Position numbers and translations under genes: made by a program. The notes under the pieces are model-generated. The model was not told where the DNA came from and searched no databases. It worked only from the letters and a program-made list of their open reading frames with translations. From NCBI RefSeq assembly GCF_009914755.1, contig NC_060929.1: 64,000 nucleotides of DNA; one strand, 5' to 3'. Positions 44,899-60,899 of the stretch are shown here, in pieces (position 1 is the first letter of the stretch; every line of letters starts with the position of its first letter). The DNA comes from the human T2T-CHM13v2.0 reference genome, Homo sapiens.

Positions 44899-47800
44899 AA
44901 TAACTATATATAAATCTAAATATTCTTGTCTCTCCACCTATGAAACATGGCTTCATAACATGAACAAAAAGCTTCTCTAAATAGGGGAGAAGGATAAAAC
45001 AAAAAAAGTAACTAAAATCACAGCTGAAATGTTGAGTATGAGAAATTAAACTTGATTTAGAGTGCAAATACTGCTTGAAGTTCAGACCATTTCCCCAGGT
45101 GCTCAACTACTTCCACAGAGCAGGACTGACACCTTTAAGTAAAGAAGTTTTCAGCTGTAGCAGACTATTGCTATTTTTTCCATCACCTTTCAAGGTTTGG
45201 GGTGTAGGTTGCCCTAGTGGTCAAGGACAGGTGCTTCAGGAAAGCTGAAGGGAGAGGTTAAGCTAATGATTGTCAGACTGTTAGACTCTAAGGTTTTAAC
45301 TCAGAAAAACAAGGAGTGATTTTGTTTCAGTATTGGAAACATGGTTTTCTTATCATCAAATCGACAAAGACTACAGTGTCATCCATACTAGATCAGATAT
45401 CTTCAGTACACATTTATAAAATTGTATGAATGTGGACAGAATTGGGAGGGACTATAAAATATGTTTGCAGTGAGACCCCCAAAGTGACCTTGTCTTGTAG
45501 CTATCAGGCAAATGAACTTGAAGGTAGTTCAGCTTTGATCACTGGGTTATATCTATCGTTGTCAAGATCACATTTGTAATTTATTTGCAGATCAACTCCT
45601 TTCTTTGCTTTGTGCCTATAGTACCCTGAGGAACTTGGTTTCTCTAAATAAAGAACAGGATAGAATTGTAGTGGCATTTGCTGTCCCCTCTGAGCTTTTT
45701 TTTATATACCGTGCTCCCTGTGTTACAACAGATAACTGAGAAGAGGAAAATCAAGAACAGAGAGCTTTCAGGGTAGGAATAACAACCAAACTGTTGAACG
45801 CTATCTGCGGTTCTAGATAAAAGTAGTTGTTCTCAGCATGTGCAGACCATTTAGCATCAGTTCTGCAGCTCAGCAATGCTACGTGGTTATGAGTACCCCA
45901 AGGAAAAAAAATCTCTGCTTCATCAACTTATTCTAACTTCTTACATTGCCCAGTCAGTTTGATATTCTAGGGAATATTACCTTTCAAGTAAAAGAGTCAA
46001 AAAGGAAAACCACATCTTGAGCTAGGAGCCAAGTTTGATGCTTTAATTTTTGGTAATTTCTCCATATGCGTTTAAATGCCCTTAGTCAAATTAACTATCA
46101 CACATTGCTTCTAATGAAGTCAGTGGAAAATTTTACATTTTCTTAGGAAAAAACTTAGCTTGAGATTCTTGCCTCTACAAAACCATTTTTTGTTTGTTTC
46201 CAGACACATACTAGATGAAAGCAATGGAAAAATTAGAGAACTGACTCATTTAATTGCAGCTATATAATATTCAACTTACAGATAATACTGTAAAGTCATG
46301 TGCTCACATGATTCATTGCCAACAATTACTTTCTCAGAAGTTTTACTTATAAAGAATAAAGATTCTAAAGTATTAATATCAGTAACATTATTAACTAATA
46401 CCATGCAACTCAGCAATTTTCAAAACATTCACCTACATACTCCTTTGCTTTTAACACGGAAAACATGTTTATATGAGATCACGTCCATTTCACATTAAAC
46501 GTAGACATTTCTTCTATAAATGTCTAAATTAACTCTGCCACAAGAAAGCTGCAGTTTTTAAAAAAATATTGTATTTTATGGGAAAATAATACATATCACA
46601 GAAAACCTCCCACTTGGCTGTTTTCTCTAATTTCTCCTGTACAGTGTGTGAAGCTATTTCATGCTGTTATAAGCATCATTTCTCCTCTTATGATAATTTT
46701 CCTTTTCTCTACTTTGGTTTCTTTATCTTTTGTAAGTTGTTTTAAGGCCAGCTCTTGTACTTCACTGAACCTGTATCACATGAAATTTCACTGCCTTCGG
46801 GGCAGAGTGGGGTTTGTAAAGGAGAAGAATATTCATTGGGAAAGTTAATTTAATTAGGTTTTCCTTACTACACCAAAAACTCTAAAGGTGAATTAAGTAC
46901 CTTGGTACTTCAATACCTCAATTTTCCGGTCCTTGAACACATGCCTGTGCTTTCTGATCCCAGATAAGTCACAGATGGCCAATAGCTATTAATTTTCTTC
47001 TGGAAGACAGCTTCAGTCAAGTTCAAAGGGAGTGCTGGACACAGAAAAAGCAAAGTATCTGACCGATTATAAAGTTATTGCTCTTCATTATTTTTGTAAT
47101 CATGTTAGAAGAGCTTAGCAGCACTTTCACTAAGCAGGTATGGGAATTCTTTTCCACCACTTGTAAATTCGATCCTCTCTGGTTTCTGTGCTCTTCTACC
47201 CACGTCACTTCTTACAGATGTTTGCCAATGATACTATACCAACAACTGTAGAGGTGGGGCTAAGAAACTGAAATTGCTTCATATGTAGCTTTGGCCCTTT
47301 GGGCACTTTCTGTCCCCAAGGGGAATTGGACTGGAAAACAGCTTCCTGCCAGGCACTGCGAGGTGTGACAGTGCACTTCTCTGTCTGTTCTCAGGGTGTG
47401 ATTTGAGATTGTAAGACCAAGGAGATCTTGCTTTACCAGATCTCCTCCTTGGTCTACATTTTCTTTTCACATGACCTGCTTGAGCTCTCAGTTTTTTCTT
47501 TGCTATGCTCAGCTGGTAATATGAAAAATTATTTATTGTATGATAGCTTCTTTCTTTCTCAAAAATCTTGATTATCAACTTCATTGATGTTTACTGGGTA
47601 AAAAGATTTGGCAGCATTACCCAAAGAAAAGAACCTGCAAGTAGAACCTCCTTAATCTCAGAAATGGGTTGGAATATGGCATATAGCATAATGCTCTGTG
47701 AAAACAGGTTTGCTAGTAGACATTGATCCAGCTTTTCTTTTTCTTTTTTTTTTTTTTTTCAAGTTGGCGAGATCTTAGTTGCCTAGACCGTTCTATCAAC

Positions 47801-48335
47801 TTCCTGGACGTTTCTCCCTGTCTATGTATACTACATAAAGGGGCCAGAGCCCAGTCTTCCCTGGCTCTCTGTAAAGGGGGTTTAAGTGAAGGCTGCCTGC
47901 CAAAAAGTCCCGCTACTTCTGATACTGGAACCTTACACTTAAAAAATCTTAGGTCCCACTGCAGATTCCCATGACGTAGCCATCCCATTGCTCTTCAGTT
48001 CTTATGGCCAAGGAGCAGCATAATATGGGGTCAGAGAAGGGGGCAATAAGACAAGGAATCAGAAAATCTGGCTCTGAGTTTTGCTTCTTGGAGCTTTATA
48101 TTAATGAATTTGGTAAATTATTTCATTTTCTCTGTTTCTACTTCTCCATCTTCAAAACGCTGGACAGTTTGTCCTCTAAGAGGGCATCCAATTCTGTGTC
48201 ATCCAAGATTTGATGATTCCATCTGACTCTAATTCATACTCAGTGGTGAAGTCCATGTCTATAAGACTTCATGGTCAGAGGTTAGACACTGCTTTCCCTT
48301 GCTTTAAAATAGATTTATAGAATCTGAAATGCCTT

Positions 48336-48531
48336 GGCCAGGTGTGATGGCTAATGCCTGTAATCCCTGCAATTGGGGAGGCCAAGGCAGGCAGATCACT
48401 TGAGGTCAGAAGTTCGAAACCAGTCTGGTCAACATGACGAAACCCAGTCTCTACCAAAAAATACAAAAATTTGCTGGGCGTGGCGGTGGGCGCCCATAGT
48501 CACAGAGTGAGACTCTGTCAAAAAAAAAAAG
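48336..48531 (+). mobile_element. AluS with internal deletion of most of the right monomer
   Basis: ..GGCGCCCATAGTC|ACAGAGTGAGACTCTGTC-A tail; TSD AGAATCTGAAATGCC both sides. Confidence 0.9.
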
Positions 48532-48599
48532 AGAGAATCTGAAATGCCATCTTATCAAAACTCCCCACAATGTAGGACACTGGGTAAGACACTGAGGCA

Positions 48600-49148
<549 letters not shown>

Positions 49149-52100
49149 CCTCTCTGGAACACTCCCAGCAATGGCCTGTCTACCACATGCAGGGGAGGGA
49201 ACAGTGCCATATTTTAGGGCAAAACATTCCAATTTTTGGACAACTCTACTATTAGAAAGTTCTATCTTATCACTGGAATTCATCCCAAGTGTAAGGTTAT
49301 CCCTTTATCTTGTATTAATTTGAAGTTTCTCTTAAATAAACACTTATACAGGCATCCTGGAAAGCAGAACATCTATTGTCAAATGCCACTTCTGTATCTA
49401 ATAACTATTTATTTATCCTACAGAGGGAAAAAACTGAGACTTTCCTCCAACTATAGGCAAACTCTTCCCTTATAGTGAGTCAGGTTGTTTGTTGAATTAC
49501 TGGGATTTCATTTTCTTTTTATTATAAATCCCAAACCTTGGGTTTCAGGAGTAACTAAAATATATTTCTATAGCATTTTGCAACATAAAATAAGATGAGT
49601 TGGGACTCAGATGGGAGGGCTACTGCAAAGAACTGAAAGGTGTTAGCTTTGATTTCCAAGATCTGACTCTCTTGGCTATCAAGCACCTACCAGTGGTCAT
49701 GTGGGGTCAGGCTCTGGGTCAAGGTTAGGGTGATTCCTAAGGGTTTGTGTATCAACTAGCTCCCCAAAACTTTATCAAATTAAATAAGAAAAAGCTACGT
49801 CTTGCACTTGTGATTGTTTTTCATTCGAGGCATTTGTAAGAAAGGTTCTTCTGATCCATTCTTTGTCACTTTAGATGACTCAACAGAATGGTCACAATAA
49901 CAAGAATCAATTCTGGATACTCCAAGGAAAGATACTAAAGGGAAAGAACAATACCTGGCTCAGAGTGCCCTTAGCTGGGTTCATCAAATCTTTCCTTTAT
50001 TTCCTAGGGTCTCTAAAGATATCTTGGCAACTCATGCAATAAATGCCATCACACTTCACCAGCACACTTCAATGCTAAATTTTTGTAACCAAGCTGTCAC
50101 ATTGCCTTTCTAGGTTACCTTTAAGTAACTTAAAACAAAAACAAAAACAAAAAAACTAATGGTGCTATTGCTTAGTGCAGACTGAAGTTGTCATTGGAAA
50201 GAAAAATCAACATCTGGAAATAAAAAGACCTTGGTTCAAGTCCATTTAGCTGTCTACTCACTATACAACAAGGATTAGGTCCAGCTGAACTCTGGCAGCT
50301 CAACTTTCTTGTCTACATAGAGAGATACTAACACGGATGACAGGTTTCATCAATGGGCAGTGGCTGCTGAAAGTGCGACTAAACGATTGTGAATCCAGGG
50401 GTGCAACACAGGGTTAAAAAATCCCCAAATCAAAGGCCTGCCATGAACTGAAAAAGAACATACATGACACATATTTGACATCCCTAGACTTTATAATATT
50501 CTCCTGAGGGTATATAAATACGAAACATGTAAAATTGACTTTTAAAGACAAGTTGTATCCAAATTCTATCACTATTTATAAGTTTCATTACTATTATTGA
50601 TTGGCTATTAGAAGAGAAATGCAAGGAAGAACCTATGTATACCTTCTGTATTCAAACCAAATTCTCTTTTATGTCTTCAATAGCGAGCATTTTGCTAGTG
50701 GGCCACTGAAGACAAAACCCCTTTGTTATACAGGCTCTCTAAGTGAAGGAGGCTGGGATGGACAGAGTAAATTTCAGACAAAGTGGGAGGAAGCTCTGCC
50801 CTGGCAGGCCCAAGAGAGAGCTGCCGTGAGGAGCAAGAGGCAGTGCCTTGGAGTGCTCCTCACATCATTACACGCAGGCAGCCACTGACTTTGCCTAGGC
50901 ACCGGGCCAGCTCTGGCAGGAGATTGAATCAAGGCTATTTGCATGTCTGTTTTCAGAACATTAAGTTTTGTCTACCCATCCAAAGTGAGGAGATCAATGT
51001 AATCATGCAGAAAACTTAATTTCTAAAAAAAGAAGAAGAAATGAAACATCTTGCTTTCAATTAAGTATGAATTTTATTTTCTGTAAAGTATGATAACTCC
51101 CATTTTATTTTCTGTAACGTTTCAATTCTTCACTAAAACACTAAAGTATACTTAGAGAAAGTGCTTAGAAAAGATACTTTAGTGTTTTAGTGAAGAGTTG
51201 AAAATTTCTCTTATGTGTTTTAAGAGTAATGACAAAACCAGAAAGACATAACTACTACACGGCATAGTGTCGGGTAATGTCATTTCTATGTTATGTCCTT
51301 GGATCCCCACAGTAGTCCTATGACATGAATCTAAGGCTTAGAAATGTCATGTGCCAGGCAATTGGGTAATTGCCACGGTTTAAAGTATGTGGAAATACCC
51401 AGAAATTTTAAACAGTGCTGGCAACTTTGTGTTGACGCTCTTCTATGAATAGCTCCCTGGTTATTTCTAATTCTCATTAACTTGGAATAATGCAAGCCAT
51501 TCAGCAATATGATACGAATAGATATTTCCTTTTCAAAACATTGCACAAATACATGATTTCCTCCCTCTTTCCACCCGGTAGGAGAAGTAGGAAAAGAGCA
51601 CGGTAATAGGAATTTACCTCCAAGCTATAAAGCCTTCCTATCCTTTCAGTAATCACCAAAGAGAGTTCCTAGTTACTAAGGAGACCATAATAGACTGCAT
51701 TAGATTCAAGTATGACATTTGGGTTGCCTGGCTAGTGAACGCCAAACAGCAAGGAAAATATTATTGTTGCTGAAATCATTTGATGTCTATGACTAATAAA
51801 AAACATGTTGGCAAATTGAATTGTTTGAAATGCCCAAAGGGCTTGGTTAAAGCTATGAATTAATAGCAAAGAGCAGTTCTTTCTGGAGAAAAGAAAAAAA
51901 AAGATGAAGATGTTGAACTATTTTTAAATGTATCTGAGTAATCAAAAGGTCTCAACAGAAATGTTAGACAGCCAATCTAAGTCTTTTATCCAATTTTTAA
52001 TTTAAATTTCATTTTCTCCTCCCTTATAGCTAAATAATAAAGTGATATTTTGGTTCACATTATCCTTGAATTCTAAGGGACGCACAGGCTTTGTTAACCT

Positions 52101-53084
52101 TCTTATCTAGCTTCTCACAAATACCAGAATTATCTTTAAAGTATACCAACTGTACCAACCCTGGAGGCTTTGAGGGCTGAGATGTCCATTTACTCATGTG
52201 CTGTGCCCCTCGGGGAGCTGGAGAAAGCCAGAAGTGGAAAGAGTTGAGGGAAGCCCAACTTCCAGTGACCTCTCAACCCAAGTCCCACAGGTCACCAAGG
52301 GCCTGCCTGAAGATGTCCATCCAGTCCCTGCTTGATCTTTCCCAGAGCAGGAGGTCTTTGCCAGGATGCATCCTATCCTGTTCTGGATGCAGCTCTGATT
52401 GTGTGGAGGGCTCTTTCTCATGTTGTGCCAACATCTGCCTCCTCATGGTTTCTACCCATTGTTCTTCATGTTATCTTGAGAACAACATTGTTTGACTCAG
52501 CTTCCTCTCCTTTTGAATAGTCCCTTAGGTAACTAAAGTCAACTGCATGACTGCCCTGTATGCTGTAATGTCTTCTCCAAACTAAATAGTCTCAATTTCT
52601 TTCTCAGATTATAAGGTAAATATACAAATATATAATAGTAAGAAGAGACAGAACATATAATCACCATAAAAGACAGACAGCAAAGTGGTCTGGTAATTGA
52701 ATATTTTTTTAAAAAGAGTTAAAATTTGTACCTAGAAAGGTGAAATTCTTAACTGATATTGAGAACCCCTGTGTCTGTCCACTGAGTTCCTGCATTCTAT
52801 CCATCAAATTATTCCATCAAAATGAAAATGTAGCTTGGTAAGACTTTTTCTTAGTGACAGACACCATGCCAGCTCCTAGTGACTGTTCATTAATTCTCAC
52901 CTCACTGCATTTATTTTTTCTTGTGTTTATTTACTGTCAATGCATACTTTGAGAAAAGTTTCTGGAAAAATACATATCTGCATATGAATAGTTGTGACAT
53001 GATTTGAGAATTTGAATACCATTTATTAAGAATTAAGGGAGGGGCAATGTAAGGAAGATAAATCTTCAGTTCTTTCTCCCCCTA

Positions 53085-53310
53085 ATATCTTATAATGAAA
53101 AATTGCAAACATACAAAAAAGTTGAAATAATTATATAGTAAACACCCATATAACTCAAAAACTAGATTCTATAGTGAATATTTTACTATCTTCGGTTTAA
53201 CACGTATCTATTGTTTCTCTATCAAACTGTCTTATTTATGCATTTCAGTGCAACTTGCTCTCATCAGCACACCTAGTCCTTAACATTTCAGCACACATAT
53301 TATTGTTAGT
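53085..53310 (-). mobile_element. Ancient L1M 3' end fragment
   Basis: TTATAATGAAAATTGCAAACATACAAAAAAGTTGAAATAATT..AAACACCCATATA. Confidence 0.55.
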
Positions 53311-55271
53311 TCTTTTTGGACACTTTCTAGCACTCCCTTCACAATCTCTCTTGCCTCATTTTCCCTCATTCTCTCCACTTTCTCAATTTTCATTTCTGTG
53401 CCCTTCCTCCTACTCTATATCTCCAAAGTTCTAAATTGTAAAAAGAAAGTGTAGAAATTTGAGCATGGAACAGTATTGAAGTGGAAAAGGTCAATGGTTA
53501 CCATCCAGGACCTCACAAGGTGCTGTCACCACAGGCCTGGGATAGATGAGATCCTCATGAACAAGTTGATCCAAACCAACTCACCAGAGACAGAGGTATA
53601 TATTAAAATGCCAACTTAATAATTGAAAAACACAGCTGTCCAGCTGTCAAATACCCAGACATATTTCTTGGTCAGCTTGGTCTCTCCTGAATTAATCTAC
53701 ATGACAGGCCAAATTATGAAGGCTTTCAGTGAATGGAGGCTCAGAAGAAGGGAATTCATTAGAAGGTCTTCATGACTTGGAGGCAGAGACTATCAGCCTT
53801 CATGTTTCAACAGCTGGCCAGCATCGTGTCTGACACCCAGAGGATGCATTCTAATAATTAGTGCCACCTCTTTACAAGTACTGCCATGAAAACCAGGCCT
53901 CTGTGTTGTGGCTCACGGTACCTCTCACCTGGATTGTGCTGGCTGAACCCTGCCTAATTCTACCCTCTAACTCCCCTTAAAGAAGTTCCATGACTACCAT
54001 TCTCCTTCGAGTAACACATTTCTTTTAGCCATGTTCATGCCATTAACTAAGCTTTAGTGAAGTGCTGATCTTCCTGTTTGGGGTCTAGAAGATAACCTGA
54101 TCTGGGTGACCTCCCAAAGGTTTAGATCTCATAAATCATCCAGATGATGTATGTAGTTGTACTGGCAACAAAGCAAAAAGTGAAATGAGGGGTCTTTGAA
54201 ATGAGAGGCCTGTTTCTATTTAAGACCATTTTTGATAAATTGATTTTACTGGTGTTACTCTCAAAGAGGAGAGTGGTTCCCTACTGCCTGAGTATAGTGC
54301 CTTCAGAGGCCAGGGAAGAATATGATCTTACCTAGTGAGCAAAAACCATCCCTTCCCTATCTCAAGATTTATGTCTGATAAGAAATGTTAGTAGATTATT
54401 TTCCCGGCTTCCTAATTACCAGCCCACAAAGACTTGGCAAGGTGAGCTCTTCAGTGGAAAGGTAGCTATACAAAAGCAACACGAAAGCGCAAATGCAACA
54501 CCTTTCACAACAGACAGCTTCTCCAAAGTTGCAGATAAATCCAATTTTAATGAATCAAATCTACTCTGAAACCCTAAAAGGAACTTTCGAGTCATGAAGT
54601 CTCGAGGTGAATCCTTTGATTATGTAACAAGTTCCTAATGCAGTTCTCCCAAAGATTTCGATCTCATAAATCAAATTATTTTAGAGTAAGGCATTCCTGT
54701 TCATTACTGCTTAAAAACCATTCTTATGCTTGACGCTTTCTTACCCTTGACACTTTCCCTGTATGGATCCCATACTAAATATCAGAAAACACCAGCGTTT
54801 GGTGGTCGTATCACACTTTAGAGTGTATCTGAAAGCAAACCATTATGGTGTTGAGGGGGAAATGACTTAGAATCAAGGCTCTATTTCATATGAGTCTACT
54901 TACAGATGGGAAAAAAAATCTGATACTAGTAGGCATTAGTACCTCGGTGGCAAATGCCAACTGGCAAGTAGAGTTCTTCTAACTGCCTCTATTATAAGCA
55001 ACAGGGTTCTGACCCAGGTAAAAACTCTTCAACAGTGTAAAAGATACTATGATGAAGAGAGTGGGCTTTTTTTTGTTGAGGGTTCAAACACTCTGACAGG
55101 AGCACATACACTGTTTCACAAACCTCAAACAGGACTCAATCTAGATAAACAGGGAGTGTTTCATCTAAGCAGGCTTCAAAGGCAGTGTTTGTTCAGACAT
55201 CATTCATTCCTTTTATTTCTTTGATGCGTCTGTCCCTAGTGATGGAAACTCTTATTTTTTTTTTTTTTAAG

Positions 55272-55395
55272 AAACTAAAGCATGAAAAGAAAGTGAAAAA
55301 ACTACAGACTGATTTGGCAACAGCTAATGCCATCACAGTTCTGGAACTCAATGAGAAGATAAAGACTCTATATGAAGGAAAGCCAGCCCCTAGAG
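55272..55395 (+). CDS. CCDC192: Internal coding exon (124 nt, phase 0 to phase 1) of a coiled-coil protein, most likely CCDC192
   Basis: T14 tract + AAG acceptor (AG 55270-55271), donor AG|GTCAGT (GT 55396); open frame KLKHEKKVKKLQTDLATANAITVLELNEKIKTLYEGKPAPR with heptad-like spacing, non-repetitive; gene name is from recall of the protein, not a search. Confidence 0.8.
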
Positions 55396-56029
55396 GTCAG
55401 TATTACCACGTGACAGATCCACACTGGCCCGTCAGCTGGGTGATGTATGTAGTTGTATTGGCAACGAAGCAAAAAAAACGAGGCTACAGGCCTGGTCTGA
55501 CCTCTGTGTGGCACCAGTAGAGACAGCACATGAACTACTAACTCCAGGCTGGATTCACTTTCACCTTGAGAGGGGCAGGGAATGAATAAGCGGTTTGCTC
55601 GTTAAGGGAAAGTCTGTGAGGCTGAAGAGCTAGACTGAAATAGATCTGAGAAGTGTCACTGCACAAGCTGGGTGGTAGCAGGGGGAGGGCAGGGCGTAAG
55701 AAGGAAGGCAGGTGCCTGCAGGGACTGAGCTCTGGAGTGAGACAGAGCTGTCTGAAAGCACAGGCTGACAGACTAGGGCACAGGGAAGAGAACAGAATTT
55801 TTTTTTTTTTTTTTTTTTTACCAATAGGCAAATGAACCAGAAACAAGCAGAGAAGGCTGGCTGGAGATGAAATGTGGGTAGTTCAGAAAATTGTTAATAG
55901 CCACATTGGTTCTGACTTTTTAAAAAAAGACTTCTCCAGCTAACAAATTATAAACACACCATTAGGCAACAAACAAGCAAACAACAAACAAAAAACTCCA
56001 AATCTCAGACTGTAATTTTAGCAAGAATA

Positions 56030-56230
56030 CTAGTTAACAATTAATATAGTACTATGGGCCAGGTATTTTGCTAAGCATTCCATGTCTATTTAATTCTAAG
56101 AATAACCTCTAAGGTAAGTACATTTAAGAATTCCCTAAGAATAAGCAGAGGCTTAGAGATGTGTGTTACCTTGCCACTGCACAAGCAACACTTGGAGAGT
56201 CACCCTCTAGAGCAGCCGCTGACCATACCC
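56030..56230 (-). mobile_element. MIR fragment
   Basis: TACTATGGGCCAGGTATTTTGCTAAG..AATAACCTCTAAGGTAAG..GAGGCTTAGAGA. Confidence 0.6.
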
Positions 56231-57579
56231 TAGTGTGCCTTTCCCAGCTTTGGGAGACTCAGGGCATTACCTCTGCTATGTCACAGTAATATCAAACTTC
56301 ACTCCTGCCTGGTGAATCTCTTGCAAAGCTGTGGTTCCTGGGAAAAATGTCTTCCTTTGATGTGTGCCACTCTTGCAAAGCCAGGAACATGCCATCGTTC
56401 TTACTCTGGCTTTCTTTATTACTCATGAGTAATTGTGGAAAAAGAGGAGCAATGCAGAATCAAATGGAGGAGGAGGAAGCAGGCGATGTGGTAGTTTCAG
56501 AAAGGGAGACACTCCCAGCACCTGACTACATGGTAAAGCTTTTCATGTGAATTTGATATTCATTTTCAATTTCGTATAGTGCTTTCCCAGGATTCAAATG
56601 CCATGTAACATTGTGAACTTGAAACAGTTTTTTCTTTCAATAAAACAACATAAAGGCAGTTTGTAAATTTGCTTTTACCACCATGAAACCTAAAAGAATA
56701 AAATCCGTCACAGAATATTATCCATTTAAAAGTCCTTATTCTGAGGCATTAGCCAGATTTTCCACTGGTTTCATTAGAAGAAACTGACAATGATTGTAGA
56801 GCACATTGGAGAAAGTTCCCCAGCTCGCTTACGAGAAGCTTTCAACTTTTCAATTGCGTTTTAAACCCGGTGCAAAAATATATATATATAATCGCAAGGT
56901 CTCTAATTCTTATTAGTTTCATTTTTTGCAATATTATTTACTGTATAATGACAATTTTGTTTCTTGGATATTTTGATAGGGCAAAATTTAAATAATACTG
57001 AGGGACTAGAACTCTAATGGCTTGGGATAGGGAAGAAAACATTAAATCTTACCCTTTTTTTGCCCATTATTCTCTTTATTTTTGTGGGTTTTTTTTTAAA
57101 CTACCTGTATAGAAAAACATGGGTATTTATGAACAGATGCAAATTTAAAATTTAAATAAAGCCAGTCATTGTAAGATCCATTATGGATCAAAACAGTGAT
57201 TTTCTTTTGGAGCTACATGTTGCTTCTCTTATTTGGTGGGGAAACTAAGTCAGTCGACTGACATCTAGCACTAAGATCCTAAATCAAATATTTGCACATT
57301 CTTGCTCTTCCACAGTCCCCTTGCAGCCTCACCCACATTCAATAGTCCGGGAGGTTGTCAAGGCCATTGTTGTCCCAGAATAATATTAACTGGCATTCTC
57401 AGAAATCTTGGTCACCTTGGCCTCTGAATTCACTTCAGAATAAAGTGTGAAAAGATGTCCAGTAACTTTAATACACAATGACCCCTATTTAATCACAGGA
57501 CAATGAGGGCTGGCCCACCCCCCCACACACATATTTCTGGACCTAGAACACCACCACTCCCCTGATTATCTTGTAAAAT

Positions 57580-58100
57580 GTTTGTTTTGGGTTCTCAGAC
57601 CTCTGTTTGCAAATGAAAGATGCTCCAGTCATAACAGCTTAAGGAGAAAGGGTGATTTACCGGCAGATGTAAACAAACCAAGAGAGAGCATTGCACTAGC
57701 CTTGGAGTAAGATGGATTCCAGTCTAAAGTACCATCAGGAAACACTGTGTCACTCATCTCTGCTTCTCTCTAAAGATGGATTCCAGTCTAAAGTACCATC
57801 AGGAAACGGTGTCACTCATCTCTGCTTCTCTCTGCATTGAGACTTGATTCTCTCAGGCTAGACTTCAGAAGAGAATGGAAATATGGCCACAAGCAGCTAT
57901 GGGCTGCCCTCCTTATCATATAATCTCCAGGGAAGAAAGAAAGCATTTTTCCACTAACTCTAGTTGGAAAGTGCAAGAAAGAACTCAGTCCTAGCTTAGG
58001 TTGGGTACCCATCTGTGGATATGAACCAATCTTTGTGGCCAGGGCTGAGGAAATAAGGTTGAACAAACTGTGGTCATGTCCCCACCACTGGGTGGCAGGG
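57580..58100. mobile_element. Old ERVL/MaLR-type LTR fragment (LTR33/MLT1-like)
   Basis: GTTTGCAAATGAAAGA..CAGCTTAAGGAGAAAGGG..CTTAGGTTGGGT..TGAACCAATC..TGTGGCCAGGG. Confidence 0.4.
57709..57833. repeat. ~63-bp tandem duplication
   Basis: AAGATGGATTCCAGTCTAAAGTACCATCAGGAAAC..GTGTCACTCATCTCTGCTTCTCTCT at 57709-57771 and 57773-57833, differing only centrally. Confidence 0.95.
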
Positions 58101-58171
58101 TAGAGGGAGTAAATGTGGGGAAGGAGAATGCTCCAGCTGGCAGCTCCTACGAAAAGCACAGAGCTGGATTA

Positions 58172-60348
<2,177 letters not shown>

Positions 60349-60402
60349 AAATAAAATGAAAATAAATTAAAAAAAAAACAAAACATCTCCAATACACCTT
60401 CA

Positions 60403-60789
<387 letters not shown>

Positions 60790-60857
60790 TTAAAAGTCGA
60801 TTCTTCTCAATGAACAAAAGACCTTCATGATCTAAGAAATAAATCTCCAGTGGTATA

Positions 60858-60899
60858 ATTTCAGACCCCATAATAAATATTTCAGACCCCATGATAAAT
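60858..60899. repeat. 21-bp tandem duplication
   Basis: ATTTCAGACCCCAT(A/G)ATAAAT twice. Confidence 0.92.

Noticed and set aside
47731-47763. Long pyrimidine tract + CAAG as a cryptic acceptor
   Set aside because: No good downstream donor or coding signal; probably just a poly-T tract
55185-55520. 111-aa ORF as a single-exon gene
   Set aside because: Starts at GTG and reads through the T tract (FFFF); only 55272-55395 is bounded by splice sites
57709-57833. CRISPR-like or other prokaryotic repeat array
   Set aside because: Only two adjacent copies with no spacers, in primate DNA
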